Positions 19,050 to 29,274 of a stretch of DNA of 64,000 bases are shown one piece after another. The position numbers and the translations under genes are program-made. The notes beneath the pieces are model-generated. The model saw nothing but the letters and a program-made list of their open reading frames with translations. It searched no databases and was not told where the DNA came from. Within the stretch, counting starts at the first letter, position 1. The number at the start of each line of letters is the position of its first letter. This DNA comes from an uncultured Actinomycetes bacterium (GTDB lineage Bacteria; Actinomycetota; Acidimicrobiia; IMCC26256; PALSA-610): the NCBI GenBank assembly GCA_963812205.1, contig CAWEUJ010000004.1, positions 1,257,315 to 1,321,314 of the forward strand, read 5' to 3'.

Positions 19050-20141
19050 TCAGGCAGAGCAGCGGTTGGGACCGACCTCGAGTCGCTGGAGTTCCACCAG
19101 CGACAGCGGGGAGCGGCCCATGTTCGCGTTGATGATCTCGGCGTAGTTCGGTGGCCTCGGGGTAGTGCGTGCGACCGCCCATTCGACGAACCGGGCTTCG
19201 TCGAGCGCGAGGGACGGCAATGCGGCCCGCAACCGGCCGAGGCTGGTACCGACCGGCTCGGCCGGGGTGACGCGAACCCCGTCGCCGTAGTGGCCGGGAA
19301 GGACGAGCGTGTCGTCGGCCAGCGTGAGCACGCGTTCGTGCAGCGACCGATACAGGTTGTGCGCGAACTCCTCGGCGCGCTCGGCCAGATCGGGGCGGCC
19401 GACGCCGTCGACGAACAACGTATCGCCCGTCAACACGACGCGATCGCCCACGAAGTAGATCGTCGAGCCCTGGGTGTGGCCGGGCGTACGCAACGCGGCG
19501 ACCGACAGCTCGATGTCGGCGCCGAGAGGGAAACGATCCCCATCGTGGAGGGCTTCGTACGCGAAGTCGAACGTGTCGGCCGGGTTGAGGTGCAGCGACG
19601 CGTCCGAGCGCTCAGCGAGCGCGCGGGCCCCGGAGAGGTGATCGGCATGCAAGTGCGTGTCGAACACATGGCTGATTCGCCAGCCGTGCTCGGTCGCGAT
19701 CTCCGTGTAGACGTCGATATCGATCGACGGATCGATCACGAAGGCTTCGTCGCCGCCGACGGCACCGATGACGTACGAAAGACACCCTTTGCCGCGGCGC
19801 CGTGCCTGCACGATCCGAATGTCATCCAGTTCGACGACCACCCAGTCGTAGGTCGCGCCCCAGGCCACCATTCCGCCCCGGAGATTGGCGACCCGCCGGC
19901 CCTGAGCGGCGACGAAGTCGGCCGCCTGCGACGAACGGCTCCCCGAGGCGCACACCACGACGATCTCGCGGTCGCGTGGGAGCTCGTCGATGCGACCCGG
20001 GAGCAGGCCGATCGGGATGTTCTTCGAGCCGGGAATCGCCCATTCGGCGGCCTCGCTCGGTTCGCGCACGTCGAGTACGAGCGGTTCGTCGTCCGTCCCC
20101 AACCGCGCCGCCAGCTCGGCCGCGTCTATGTCTCGGTACAT
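19050..20141 (-). CDS. Rhodanese-MBL fold fusion (persulfide dioxygenase-sulfurtransferase, CstB/ETHE1-like)
   Basis: 363 aa from MYRDIDAAEL, with GGGGAG RBS. It has the rhodanese active-site loop CASGSRS and the MBL motif THLHADHLSG. Confidence 0.85.
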   Translation of the reverse strand: MYRDIDAAELAARLGTDDEPLVLDVREPSEAAEWAIPGSKNIPIGLLPGRIDELPRDREIVVVCASGSRSSQAADFVAAQGRRVANLRGGMVAWGATYDWVVVELDDIRIVQARRRGKGCLSYVIGAVGGDEAFVIDPSIDIDVYTEIATEHGWRISHVFDTHLHADHLSGARALAERSDASLHLNPADTFDFAYEALHDGDRFPLGADIELSVAALRTPGHTQGSTIYFVGDRVVLTGDTLFVDGVGRPDLAERAEEFAHNLYRSLHERVLTLADDTLVLPGHYGDGVRVTPAEPVGTSLGRLRAALPSLALDEARFVEWAVARTTPRPPNYAEIINANMGRSPLSLVELQRLEVGPNRCSA

Positions 20142-20198
20142 CTGAGTACTCCCCGATCGAGGTGACCGCGACGGCTTCTGTGGGGTGTTCCGAGCGGA

Positions 20199-20234
20199 TA
20201 CACCGCCGTGTAACCAGTATACCCCGGGGGGTAT
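20199..20234. promoter_or_regulatory. CsoR/CstR-type operator: ATACCCC-GG-GGGGTAT (20219-20234) plus degenerate TACACCGCCGTGTA (20199-20212)
   Basis: A G/C-tract flanked by an ATAC/GTAT inverted repeat is the described architecture of CsoR-family operators. It lies 58-93 nt upstream of the rhodanese-MBL start, in the divergent intergenic region. Confidence 0.6.
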
Positions 20235-20518
20235 TCCGGAGGGCTCTCGAATCTCACGGCTTCGCGCCCACGGGTCGCGTCGCGGGCAAGGGCGCGGCAG
20301 GAGCCGCGCCGAGGGACGGGGTCGATCTCGCCGGGAGTCACTGATGAGGCCATCGAGTCGATCTTCCCCGGACCCGGCCGCTCCGAACACCCGCGAAGGT
20401 CGTACGTGTGCGGCCGAAGGTCCCGCGTGCCTCGGGCGGCAGCGGCAGGGCCGAACGTCCGCTGCGGCGGAGGCGCACGTCCCTAGGCGGCCCTGGGCCG
20501 GTCGGCCACGCTGAGGTC

Positions 20519-21652
20519 GTGACGTTCGTCGGTCTCGTCCTGCACAACGTGCTCCGCCGCCGCATGCGCGCGGTCGTGACCGCGATCGCCGTTGCGATCG
20601 GTGTGACCGCGGTCCTCACCCTCGGGGTCCTGACCACGTCGCTGCGCCAGACGGCCGTCGCCATCCTCCGGACCGGGAACGCCGACTTCAGCGTGTCGCA
20701 GAAGGGCGCGTCGGACATCCTCTACAGCGCGCTCTCGCAGGGCGACATCGACACCCTGCGTGCCACCCCCGGCGTGGAGGCCGCGACGGGGGTGTTCGTC
20801 GCGACCGGGAAGATCAACGCCAAGCACCCGTTCTTCATCGAGATCGGGATCCGCACGGCCGACCAACCCGAGTTCGGCGTGACGGTGCTGACCGGCCGTT
20901 CGTACCGCGAGACGGCGTCGAGCGCGCAGGGTACCGGTGAGATGATGCTCGGGTATCGCGCCGCGAAGGACTTCGGTGTCCGCGTCGGCGACACGTTCGC
21001 GGTCGAAGAGCGCAAGTTCCGCGTCGTCGGCCTCTTCTCGACCGGAAACGTCTTCGGTGACGCGGCCGGAATGTTCCCGCTCACCGACCTGCAGGGGTGG
21101 CATCGTCAGCCGGGCGTGTACACGCTCGCGTTCGTCCGGGCCCGGCCGAACGTCTCCATTCCCGATCTCCGCCGTCGCATCGAGAACGCCAGCCCGCGGC
21201 TCGCGACCGCACGCAGTGAGAGTGACTACGGGCGCGTCGACCGGAACCTCGTCCTGATCACCGCCGCGAACGTGGGAGGGTCGATCCTCGCGCTCTTCAT
21301 CGGCGCGACGGGTGTGATGAACACGTCGCTGCTGTCGTTCTACGAGCGCCTGCGGGAGTTCGGTCTGCTCCGCGCCGTCGGGTGGAACCGGCGGCGAGTC
21401 TTCCGCCTGGTGCTGGGTGAGGCGCTGATCGTCAGTCTCGTCGGAGCCGGCGCGGGCATCGGTATCGGCTTGGGCGCGATCCAGGTGCTCACGCACGTGG
21501 ACGCGCTGGTGGGCGTGTTCCAGCCCGTGTACGAGGCGTGGCTCTTCGGCCGCGCGCTCCTGTTCGCGTTCGCGATGGCGATTCTCGGCGCCCTGTACCC
21601 GGCCGTGCGCGCCGCCATGCTCACACCTCTGTCGGCGCTCCAGCATGAGTGA
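20519..21652 (+). CDS. ABC transporter permease, FtsX/MacB-like
   Basis: It has an N-terminal TM, a large periplasmic domain and a C-terminal FtsX 3-TM module (LREFGLLRAVGW). The start is taken as the GTG at 20519, 2 nt after GAGG. The ORF track starts at 20408. Confidence 0.75.
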   Translation: MTFVGLVLHNVLRRRMRAVVTAIAVAIGVTAVLTLGVLTTSLRQTAVAILRTGNADFSVSQKGASDILYSALSQGDIDTLRATPGVEAATGVFVATGKINAKHPFFIEIGIRTADQPEFGVTVLTGRSYRETASSAQGTGEMMLGYRAAKDFGVRVGDTFAVEERKFRVVGLFSTGNVFGDAAGMFPLTDLQGWHRQPGVYTLAFVRARPNVSIPDLRRRIENASPRLATARSESDYGRVDRNLVLITAANVGGSILALFIGATGVMNTSLLSFYERLREFGLLRAVGWNRRRVFRLVLGEALIVSLVGAGAGIGIGLGAIQVLTHVDALVGVFQPVYEAWLFGRALLFAFAMAILGALYPAVRAAMLTPLSALQHE

Positions 21653-22346
21653 TCGTCCCGTTCCCGCGCTCGAGTTGATCGACGTCGTGAAGTCGTACGG
21701 CGGCGGTCGCGGGGTCGTGCTCGATGGCGTCTCGCTCACTGTCGGCCCGGGCGAGTTCGTGGTGATGGTCGGCCCGTCGGGGGGTGGGAAGTCGACCGCG
21801 CTGCACCTGATCGCGGCGCTCGACCGCCCGAACTCGGGAACCATCCGCGTCCACGGTCGCGACCTCGCCCACGGCCGCCACTTGGACCGCTACCGCCGCC
21901 AGGAGATCGGGCTCGTCTTCCAACTCCACAACCTTCTCCCGCACCTCGATGCGCGCCAGAACGTCGAGATCGTCATGCTCGGGACGAGGACACACCGGGG
22001 TGCTCGCCGCGCGCGTGCAGTCGCGCTGCTCGACCGGGTGGGCCTCGGGCGCCAGGCCCGCGTGCGCCCACCCGAGCTGTCCGGCGGTGAACGTCAGCGC
22101 ATCGCAGTGGCACGCGCCTTCGCCAATCAGCCCAGGCTCGTCCTGGCGGACGAACCGACCGGCAGCCTCGACGAGGAGAGCGGCACCGCGGTGATCGCGA
22201 TGCTGAGGTCGTGTTGCGACGAGGGCGGCGCGGTACTGGCGGTGAGTCACGATCCCCGGCTCACCGCCGCGGCCGACCGCGTCGTGCGGCTCGCGGACGG
22301 CCGCATTCACCCGGTCGGGGGCGCGCAGGCTCCGATCGCGCGCTGA
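21645..22346 (+). CDS. ABC transporter ATP-binding protein (MacB/LolD type)
   Basis: It has Walker A GPSGGGKST, signature LSGGERQR and Walker B LVLADEPT. It overlaps the permease stop by 8 nt. Confidence 0.9.
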   Translation: MSDRPVPALELIDVVKSYGGGRGVVLDGVSLTVGPGEFVVMVGPSGGGKSTALHLIAALDRPNSGTIRVHGRDLAHGRHLDRYRRQEIGLVFQLHNLLPHLDARQNVEIVMLGTRTHRGARRARAVALLDRVGLGRQARVRPPELSGGERQRIAVARAFANQPRLVLADEPTGSLDEESGTAVIAMLRSCCDEGGAVLAVSHDPRLTAAADRVVRLADGRIHPVGGAQAPIAR

Positions 22347-22379
22347 ACCGGCGCACGAATCCGGCACCGGTAGCTCCGG

Positions 22380-23684
22380 TCAGCTTCCGTCTTCGAGGTT
22401 CAGCATGGTGGCGTAGGGGACGAGCAACGGGACGAGCTCGAACGCCGGGTCGAGTTGCGCGGCGACACCCTCGCACATCGTCACCGTCTTGAGGAGCAGC
22501 GCGAGATCACTGGGCAGCCGCAGGTGGTGTGCACGCACGACGCCCATGAGATCGGTGAGGAGCGGACCGATGTGGAGCTGCTCCAGGGGAGTGCCGGCGT
22601 ATTGGTCGAGGAACCGGAACAGGTCTCGCTCGAGCGACGGGCGGTCGACGTCTTCGCACGCGATTCCGAGGCGCAACAAGCCGTCGGCCATACGCTCGGC
22701 ATCGGTCGTGACGAGCGCGACGACGATCGTCCCGAGTCCACGGGTTGCCTGCCGTGGGACCGATCCCACCATCCCGAAGTCGACGAAGCCGATGCGGTCC
22801 GCCGATTCGACGAAGACGTTGCCCGGATGCGGGTCGGCGTGGAAGAACCCGCGGGCGAAGACCATCGAGAAGTACGCCTCGGCGAACGTCCGCGCGACGA
22901 TCCCCCGATCGATTCCGCTTGCGTCGAGCGCGTGCAGGTCGTCGATCTTGACGCCCCGGACGCGTTCCTCGGTGATCACGTCGGCGCGCGTGTAGTCCCA
23001 GAAGATCTTCGGTATGTGCACGCGCTCGTCGCCGGCGAAACCGGCCGCGACCAACTCCGCGTTGTGACCTTCTCGCATGTAGTCGAGCTCGCCGAGCAGC
23101 GTCCGTCCGAACTCGTGCGCGAGCCCGACGGGGTCGTAGCGGGCGGCGACCGCCGAGCGTCGCGCGGCAAGGCCTGCGAGCCGGTCGATCAGCCCGAGAT
23201 CGATGTTCACCTGGTCGATCACTCCGGGCCGGCGCACCTTCACGATCACGTCCGAGCCGTCCGGCAACGTCGCGGCGTGGACCTGGCCGATCGAGGCGGC
23301 CGCGATCGGCACGGGGTCGAACCAGGCGAACGCCTCTCGCAGCGGGCGGCCGAGCGCCGTCTCGACGGCCGTGACGATCTGCTCCGCCGGCACGGTGGGT
23401 GCGGCGTCTTGGAGGCGCGCCAGCTCGACTTCGTATTCGGGTGAGACGAGATCCGGGCGCGTGGAGAGCACTTGCCCCAACTTCATGAACGTCGGCCCGA
23501 GCTCTTCCAGCGCGCGGCGAAGATGCACCGGACCGGGTTCGGAGGTGCGCGGCGATGCGTGACGCGTGCCGTGGACGAGTCCGCGCAGGTCCAAGACGTC
23601 GAGCAGTGAGCCCAATCCGTGTCGCAGGAGGACGAACGCGACCTCGCGGGCCCGGTGTGTGCTCGACTGTTCGTTCGCGCTCAT
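22380..23684 (-). CDS. ABC1/UbiB-family atypical kinase
   Basis: 434 aa. LGPTFMKLGQVLSTRPDLVSPEY...ASIGQVH...HADPHPGNVF are UbiB/ADCK hallmarks. Confidence 0.85.
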   Translation of the reverse strand: MSANEQSSTHRAREVAFVLLRHGLGSLLDVLDLRGLVHGTRHASPRTSEPGPVHLRRALEELGPTFMKLGQVLSTRPDLVSPEYEVELARLQDAAPTVPAEQIVTAVETALGRPLREAFAWFDPVPIAAASIGQVHAATLPDGSDVIVKVRRPGVIDQVNIDLGLIDRLAGLAARRSAVAARYDPVGLAHEFGRTLLGELDYMREGHNAELVAAGFAGDERVHIPKIFWDYTRADVITEERVRGVKIDDLHALDASGIDRGIVARTFAEAYFSMVFARGFFHADPHPGNVFVESADRIGFVDFGMVGSVPRQATRGLGTIVVALVTTDAERMADGLLRLGIACEDVDRPSLERDLFRFLDQYAGTPLEQLHIGPLLTDLMGVVRAHHLRLPSDLALLLKTVTMCEGVAAQLDPAFELVPLLVPYATMLNLEDGS

Positions 23685-23744
23685 CGATCTCGGTTCGGAA
23701 CGGTCATCGGCGAACGGTCGAGGTGCAGTACCCGGTGCACGTCA

Positions 23745-24350
23745 TCACGCCGTCTTGACGACGGCGTACCAGATCCGTTCGGCCACGCGGACGAGGCTCT
23801 CGCCGAGGCGCGCGTACCGACGGTACAGCTCCCGACGGCCGGTCACCTCGCCGACGTCGCTCACGGCCTGCAGATCCGACATCGCCTTGCGGTAGAGGCG
23901 CTCGAGGGCTCGCTCGCAGCGGATCGCGGCATCGGCCTCTTCGGTGGCGCGGTCCTTGTCGCCGGGCAGTGCCGCGAACGCGGTCGAGAGGTGGCGGACG
24001 CCGTCGGCGAGCGTCACGCTCATGCTCGCCAGCGCGGTGTCGGGCGCCATGTTCATCAGGTCGGCTTCGCGCACGGCATTCTTGGCGCCGTTGAGGATCG
24101 CGTCGAGCCGCTCGGACAGCTCGTAGATGTCCTCCGGGTCGAGCGGGGTGCTGAACGCGGCGCGGAGTTGGCCGAGGAGCTCGCGACGAGCCGCGTCGGC
24201 TTCATGTTCGGTGTCTCGCACCGTGCGCGCGGCGGACGCGTTCCCGGCCGACCACTGCGCGAACGCGTCGAGGCCGGCGACGGTGATCTCGGCCTGCGAT
24301 CGGAGCAGCGCGATCAGATCGGGTGTATGGGGCAGGAACCACCGCTTCAT
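23745..24350 (-). CDS. DUF47 (PhoU-like, Pit accessory) protein
   Basis: 201 aa from MKRWFLPHTPD. The helical DUF47 pattern is present. The start overlaps the pitA stop (ATGA). Confidence 0.8.
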   Translation of the reverse strand: MKRWFLPHTPDLIALLRSQAEITVAGLDAFAQWSAGNASAARTVRDTEHEADAARRELLGQLRAAFSTPLDPEDIYELSERLDAILNGAKNAVREADLMNMAPDTALASMSVTLADGVRHLSTAFAALPGDKDRATEEADAAIRCERALERLYRKAMSDLQAVSDVGEVTGRRELYRRYARLGESLVRVAERIWYAVVKTA

Positions 24351-25350
24351 GTGAACGCCCTCCAGAGGGGCAAGAGCACGCCCGCGAGCATCGCGCAGGC
24401 CGGGAGCGTCACGACCCAGGCCAATCCCATCTCGCGCACTACTGCCCACCGTACGTGTCGCCAGCGTTGCTGGGCGCCGACACCCACGATCGAAGAGGCC
24501 ACCACGTGAGTCGTGCTCACCGGTGCGCCGAGCGCGGCGGCAGCGAAGATCACGCTTGCCGAGCTGGCCTGGCTCGTCAGGCCGTCGAGGGGCCGTAAGC
24601 GCACGATTCTCATGCCGAGCGTGCGAACGATGCGCCAGCCTCCGAGGCTCGTGCCCAACGTGAGCGACGCCGCGGAGAGCAGCTTCACCCACAGCGGCAC
24701 CGCGAAGTGCGCGAGGTTTCCGTGCGCCACGAGGAGCAACGTGATCACGCCCATCGTCTTTTGCGCATCGTTCGTGCCGTGACTGAACGCGAGCGCGGCC
24801 GAGGTCCCCCATTCGGCGCGCCGGATCGGCTTCTCGATCTCACGGCGCGCGCGCCGCAGCGCGGTGACCGCGAAACGATGAGCACCGAACCCGACCGCGA
24901 AGCCGAGCAGGGGTGAGATCGCGAGTGCACTCAGCACGCCCGCGACGCCGACCGGGCGCACACCGTCGAAGCCGCCCCAGCGCACCGCGTGTGTCCCGCG
25001 CCGGCGACGGCCGCGCCGACGAGGCCCCCGACGAGCGCGTGGCTCGAGCTCGACGGCAGGCCCTTCCACCACGTGAGCACGTTCCACAGCAGCGCGGCGC
25101 TGAGGGCCGCGCCGACGGTGGCCGTCGTCGCGCTCGAGCGGACGTCCACGACCCCCGCAACGGTGCTCGCCACCGCCGTTCCCGCGATCAGCGGTCCGAG
25201 GACGTGAAACGCAGAGACCCAGGCGAGCGCGGGGCCCGGACGAGCGGCCCGGGTCGCGACGAGCGCGGCGATTGCATTCGATGAGTCGTGGAATCCGTTC
25301 GTGAAGTCGAATGCCACCGCGACCAGCACGGCGACGAGCAGGCCCAGCAC
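24347..25350 (-). pseudogene. pitA: PiT-family inorganic phosphate transporter, frameshifted near 24987
   Basis: The N-terminal part (ORF 24931..25350) reads MLGLLVAVLVAVAFDFTNGFHDSSNAIAALV...SSSHALVGGLVGAAVAGAGHT. The continuation AVRWGGFDGV...FSHGTNDAQKTMG... lies in another frame (the 3' part of ORF 24347..25528). One base appears to be missing in ACG(G)CGGTG. Confidence 0.8.
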
Positions 25351-25536
25351 TCACATCACCGTCGGGCCCGGTCAGACATGTCGACCCCTCGCTGTGGTCC
25401 CCGTCCATCGTCGCCGGGGCCCGCCCGGCCAACGAGGGCCGAAGGACCCGACGACCCGGCCCGCTCGTCCCTGTCCGGCGACGCGTTCCTCCGTCATTGT
25501 GGGGAGCAGATCCGCAACAAGGAGTCACTCAGCGTG

Positions 25537-26350
25537 ATGGCCCGCATGATCATCGTCCCGCTCGACGGCTCGGAGTTCGCCGCGCGCGGTTCCCGTTGCT
25601 CGCGCCGTCGCTTGCCGGGTCGGCGCCCGGATGATCGTCATGTCGACCCGGTGGGAACAGAATCCGGAGGAGACTGGGAAGTACCTCGAACGCGTCGCGC
25701 AGGAACAACACGACGTCGAGACCGAGGTGATGCTGGTCGACCAGCATCCGGCGTGGCGCGCGATCGCCAGCGTCTCCAGCGCGCACCCCGACTCCGTCGT
25801 CTGTATGACGTCGCACGGCCGGGGCGCGTTGCGCTGGGCGATGCTCGGCAGTGTTGCCGAGGATGTCGTGCGACATGCCCGAAAGCCGCTGCTGCTCGTC
25901 GGCCGTCATTGCGCGGTCGACTGGTCGCTGCGTACCGGGCGTCTCCTCGTCTGCGTCGACGCGTTCAGTGATCCCGAGGCGGTGGTGCCGGTCGCGTCGG
26001 AATGGGCCAAGGCCTTCGGTCTCGATGTCCAGGTCGCGATGGTCTCGCATCTGCTCGACGCCGAGTCCGAGACCTATGCGAACACCACCGTCCACGCGAT
26101 CGCCGACCGCTTCGTGGACGAGGGTGTGGCCGCCGAAGCGATCATGTTGCGCGGCTCTTCGCACATCGCGGCGACGCTCGCCGACTTCGCAGGGGATCTG
26201 CCGGCCGACCTGGTCGTGATCAACGCGAGCGGGCGCGACGGCGTGTCGCGTGTCGTGCTCGGGAGTGTCGCGATGGGCGTGGTGGGCCTCGCGCCCTGCC
26301 CGGTGCTCGTCATACCCGCTCCCGCGCACAAGGCGCCGAAGGAATCCTGA
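25537..26350 (+). pseudogene. Tandem universal stress protein, frameshifted near 25585
   Basis: MARMIIVPLDGSEFAA (frame 1, AAGGAG RBS upstream) matches the N-terminus of the paralogue at 53614. The expected continuation RAVPVARAVACRVGARMIVMSTRWEQ...TSHGRGALRWAMLGSVAEDVVRHA is in frame 2 (ORF 25631..26350). The shift falls in GCCGCGCGCGGTT. Confidence 0.7.
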
Positions 26351-26351
26351 C

Positions 26352-27488
26352 ATGCACGGCATCAAGGGCTTCCGCATCGGTTCGATTGCGGGGCTCGATA
26401 TCAAGCTCGACTGGAGCATTCTCATCATCTTCTGGTTGTTGACGTGGAGCTTGGCCGCGTCCGGGCTCCCCGCGTTCACCGCCGGATACGGGACCGCGCA
26501 GTACTGGGTCGCGGCTGTCGCGACGACTGTCGCCTTCTTCGTTTCGCTCCTGGCCCATGAGTTGAGTCACTGCGTCGTGGCCCGCCGGCACGGCATCCAC
26601 GTGCGCGACGTCACGCTCTGGCTGCTCGGGGGAGTGTCGCGGTTGGAGCAGGAGCCGCCGACTCCCTCGGCCGACCTTCGCATCGCGCTCGCGGGCCCGG
26701 CGATGAGCTTCGCGCTGGGCGCCGGCGCGTTCGGTGTGGCCGTGCTCCTGGTCGCGCTGGGCGCACCCGACCTCGTCACGTCGTGCGCGGTCTGGCTCGC
26801 ATCCGTCAACATCATCTTGGCCGTATTCAACCTGGTGCCGGCCGCGCCGCTCGACGGCGGTCGGGTCCTGCGCTCGATCCGTTGGCGGCAGACGGGCGAT
26901 CGCGCTCGGGCCACGATCGACGCTGCGCGCGCGGGCCGCGTCTTCGCGTTCGTTCTGGTCGGGTTGGGATTCTTCGAGTTCCTCGTGGGTGTCGACGTGT
27001 CGGGCCTGTGGTTCGTGCTCCTCGGCTGGTTCCTGCTCTCGGCCTCGCGCGTCGAGGAGATGCAGGCGCGGATGACGCGCAGTCTGGGAACGACCCGTGT
27101 TCGCGATCTCATGACCCCGGACCCGATCTCCGTGCCCGGCACGATCAGCGTCCACGACGCGCTGCACGACTACGTGCTCGCGCGGCACTGTTCGTCGTTC
27201 CCGGTGCTTGCGGCCGACGGCGGGTGCACCGGACTCGTCACGCTCGGTCGCATGCGGTCGGTCAGACCCGAGCTGCGCACGACGACGCCCGTCTCGGCGA
27301 TCTCCTGGACGCTCGTCGATCTCACGACCGCCGCTCCCGACGAGCTGTTGCTCGACGTGTTGCGCCGGAGCAAACCCGGTGGAGACGGTCGGATCCTCGT
27401 GTGTGAGGGGGCGGCGGTCGTCGGCATCATCTCGCCGACCGATATCACCCGCGCGCTCCAGGCGATCGACGCCGAGACCGTCTCGTGA
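26352..27488 (+). CDS. Site-2 protease (M50) with a C-terminal CBS pair
   Basis: 378 aa from [10 protein letters not shown]. It has the HELSH zinc motif, [12 protein letters not shown], and then two CBS-like segments ([13 protein letters not shown]... / ...[10 protein letters not shown]). Confidence 0.85.
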   Translation: MHGIKGFRIGSIAGLDIKLDWSILIIFWLLTWSLAASGLPAFTAGYGTAQYWVAAVATTVAFFVSLLAHELSHCVVARRHGIHVRDVTLWLLGGVSRLEQEPPTPSADLRIALAGPAMSFALGAGAFGVAVLLVALGAPDLVTSCAVWLASVNIILAVFNLVPAAPLDGGRVLRSIRWRQTGDRARATIDAARAGRVFAFVLVGLGFFEFLVGVDVSGLWFVLLGWFLLSASRVEEMQARMTRSLGTTRVRDLMTPDPISVPGTISVHDALHDYVLARHCSSFPVLAADGGCTGLVTLGRMRSVRPELRTTTPVSAISWTLVDLTTAAPDELLLDVLRRSKPGGDGRILVCEGAAVVGIISPTDITRALQAIDAETVS

Positions 27489-27522
27489 TCGCGGTGGTCG
27501 ACTCTGTCGTGGGAGGTACCCG

Positions 27523-29274
27523 GTGGTGCAGGAAGAACGCATACACAAGGCGCGAGTCGCAGCCGTGGCGCCCAACCTCGACGACTACGACGCCGCGCGT
27601 CGGTCTTTCGGATGGGACACGGCGCGCGGCCGCCTCGACGGGCTGCCGGCCGGAGGCCTGAACATCGCGCACGAGGCCGTGGTCCGCCACGCGCGCGGAC
27701 CGCGGGCGGGTCACGTCGCCATCCGGTGGCGCGGCAAGGACGGAGCCAGGCGTGATCTCACGTACCGCGATCTCGACGCCCTCACGAATCGCTTCGCCAA
27801 CACGCTGCGCTCGCTCGGGGTGCAGCTCGGTGACCGGGTTTACACGTTGCTGGGACGCGTCCCGGAATTGCACGTGGCGGTGCTCGGCGCGCTCAAGGCG
27901 GGCGCGGTGGTTTCGCCGCTCTTCTCCGCGTTCGGCCCCGAACCGATCCGCCAGCGGCTCCTCCTCGGCGACGCCCGGGTGCTCGTGACGACCGCCGCGT
28001 TGTATCGGCGCAAGGTCGAGTCGATCCGCGCCGACGTGCCCGGTCTCGCGCACGTGCTGTTGGTCGGGACCGACGAGTTCGACGAGCAGCAACGGCGCGC
28101 GTCCGACGAGTTCACGATCGCGCCGACCGACCCGGCGCAACTCGCGCTGCTGCACTTCACGAGCGGCACAACCGGGACGCCGAAGGGTGCGATGCACGTG
28201 CACGAAGCCGTCGTCGCGCACGAAGCCACGGCACGGTTCGCGCTCGACCTGCATCCCGACGACGTCTTCTGGTGCACCGCCGATCCTGGCTGGGTGACCG
28301 GGACGTCGTACGGCATCATCGCGCCATTGACGATCGGCGCGACCCTCGTTCTCGACGAAGGCGAGTTCGACGCGCAGCGGTGGTACGAGACGCTCGAGCG
28401 TGAGCGCGTCACCGTCTGGTACACCGCACCCACCGCGATTCGCATGATGATGCGGGCGGCGGGGGTCGACGCCCGCACACGCGACCTGTCCGCGCTTCGC
28501 CTCGTCGCGAGTGTGGGCGAGCCGCTGAACCCGGAAGCCGTGCGCTGGGGTGTCGACGCGCTCGGTCTCGCGATCCACGACAACTGGTGGCAGACGGAGA
28601 CCGGCGGGATCATGATCGCCAACTACCTGTCCGCCGACATCAAGCCGGGTTCGATGGGCCGGCCGCTCCCCGGCATCGACGCCGCGATCCTCCGGCGCGA
28701 CGAACACGGCGAGGTCGTGGTCCGCGACGGAGTCGTCGAGAGGTGCGAGACCGGTGAGGAGGGGGAGCTCGCGCTGCGCGTGGGCTGGCCTTCGATGTTC
28801 CGCGGGTATCTCGGCGAGGACGAGCGTTACCGGAAATGCTTCCGCGACGGCTGGTACCTGAGCGGGGATCTGGCGCGCTGCGACGACGACGGCTACTACT
28901 GGTTCGTCGGCCGCGGGGACGACGTCATCAAGTCGGCCGGTCATCTCATCGGCCCCTTCGAGGTCGAGAGCGCGCTGATGGAGCACCCCGCGGTCGCCGA
29001 GGCCGGGGTGATCGGCAAGCCCGACCCGATCGTCGGTGCGGTGGTGAAGGCGTTCGTGGTGTTGCGCGCCGGCTACGAAGCGAGCGACTCGTTGCGCCTC
29101 GAGCTCGTCGGCTTCGCCCGCAAGCGGTTGGGAGCCGCAGTGGCCCCCAAGGAGATCGACTTTCGCGCGGACCTCCCGAAGACGCGTAGTGGAAAGATCA
29201 TGCGGCGGCTGTTGCGGGCGCGTGAGCTCGGATTGCCCGAAGGAGACCTTTCGATGCTGGAGACGCAGTCATGA
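27523..29274 (+). CDS. acsA: Acetyl-CoA synthetase, AcsA (short Bacillus-type AMP-forming acetate-CoA ligase)
   Basis: It is collinear with B. subtilis AcsA as I recall it ([63 protein letters not shown]). The start is GTG 27523/27526, after GGGAGG. Confidence 0.8.
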   Translation: MVQEERIHKARVAAVAPNLDDYDAARRSFGWDTARGRLDGLPAGGLNIAHEAVVRHARGPRAGHVAIRWRGKDGARRDLTYRDLDALTNRFANTLRSLGVQLGDRVYTLLGRVPELHVAVLGALKAGAVVSPLFSAFGPEPIRQRLLLGDARVLVTTAALYRRKVESIRADVPGLAHVLLVGTDEFDEQQRRASDEFTIAPTDPAQLALLHFTSGTTGTPKGAMHVHEAVVAHEATARFALDLHPDDVFWCTADPGWVTGTSYGIIAPLTIGATLVLDEGEFDAQRWYETLERERVTVWYTAPTAIRMMMRAAGVDARTRDLSALRLVASVGEPLNPEAVRWGVDALGLAIHDNWWQTETGGIMIANYLSADIKPGSMGRPLPGIDAAILRRDEHGEVVVRDGVVERCETGEEGELALRVGWPSMFRGYLGEDERYRKCFRDGWYLSGDLARCDDDGYYWFVGRGDDVIKSAGHLIGPFEVESALMEHPAVAEAGVIGKPDPIVGAVVKAFVVLRAGYEASDSLRLELVGFARKRLGAAVAPKEIDFRADLPKTRSGKIMRRLLRARELGLPEGDLSMLETQS

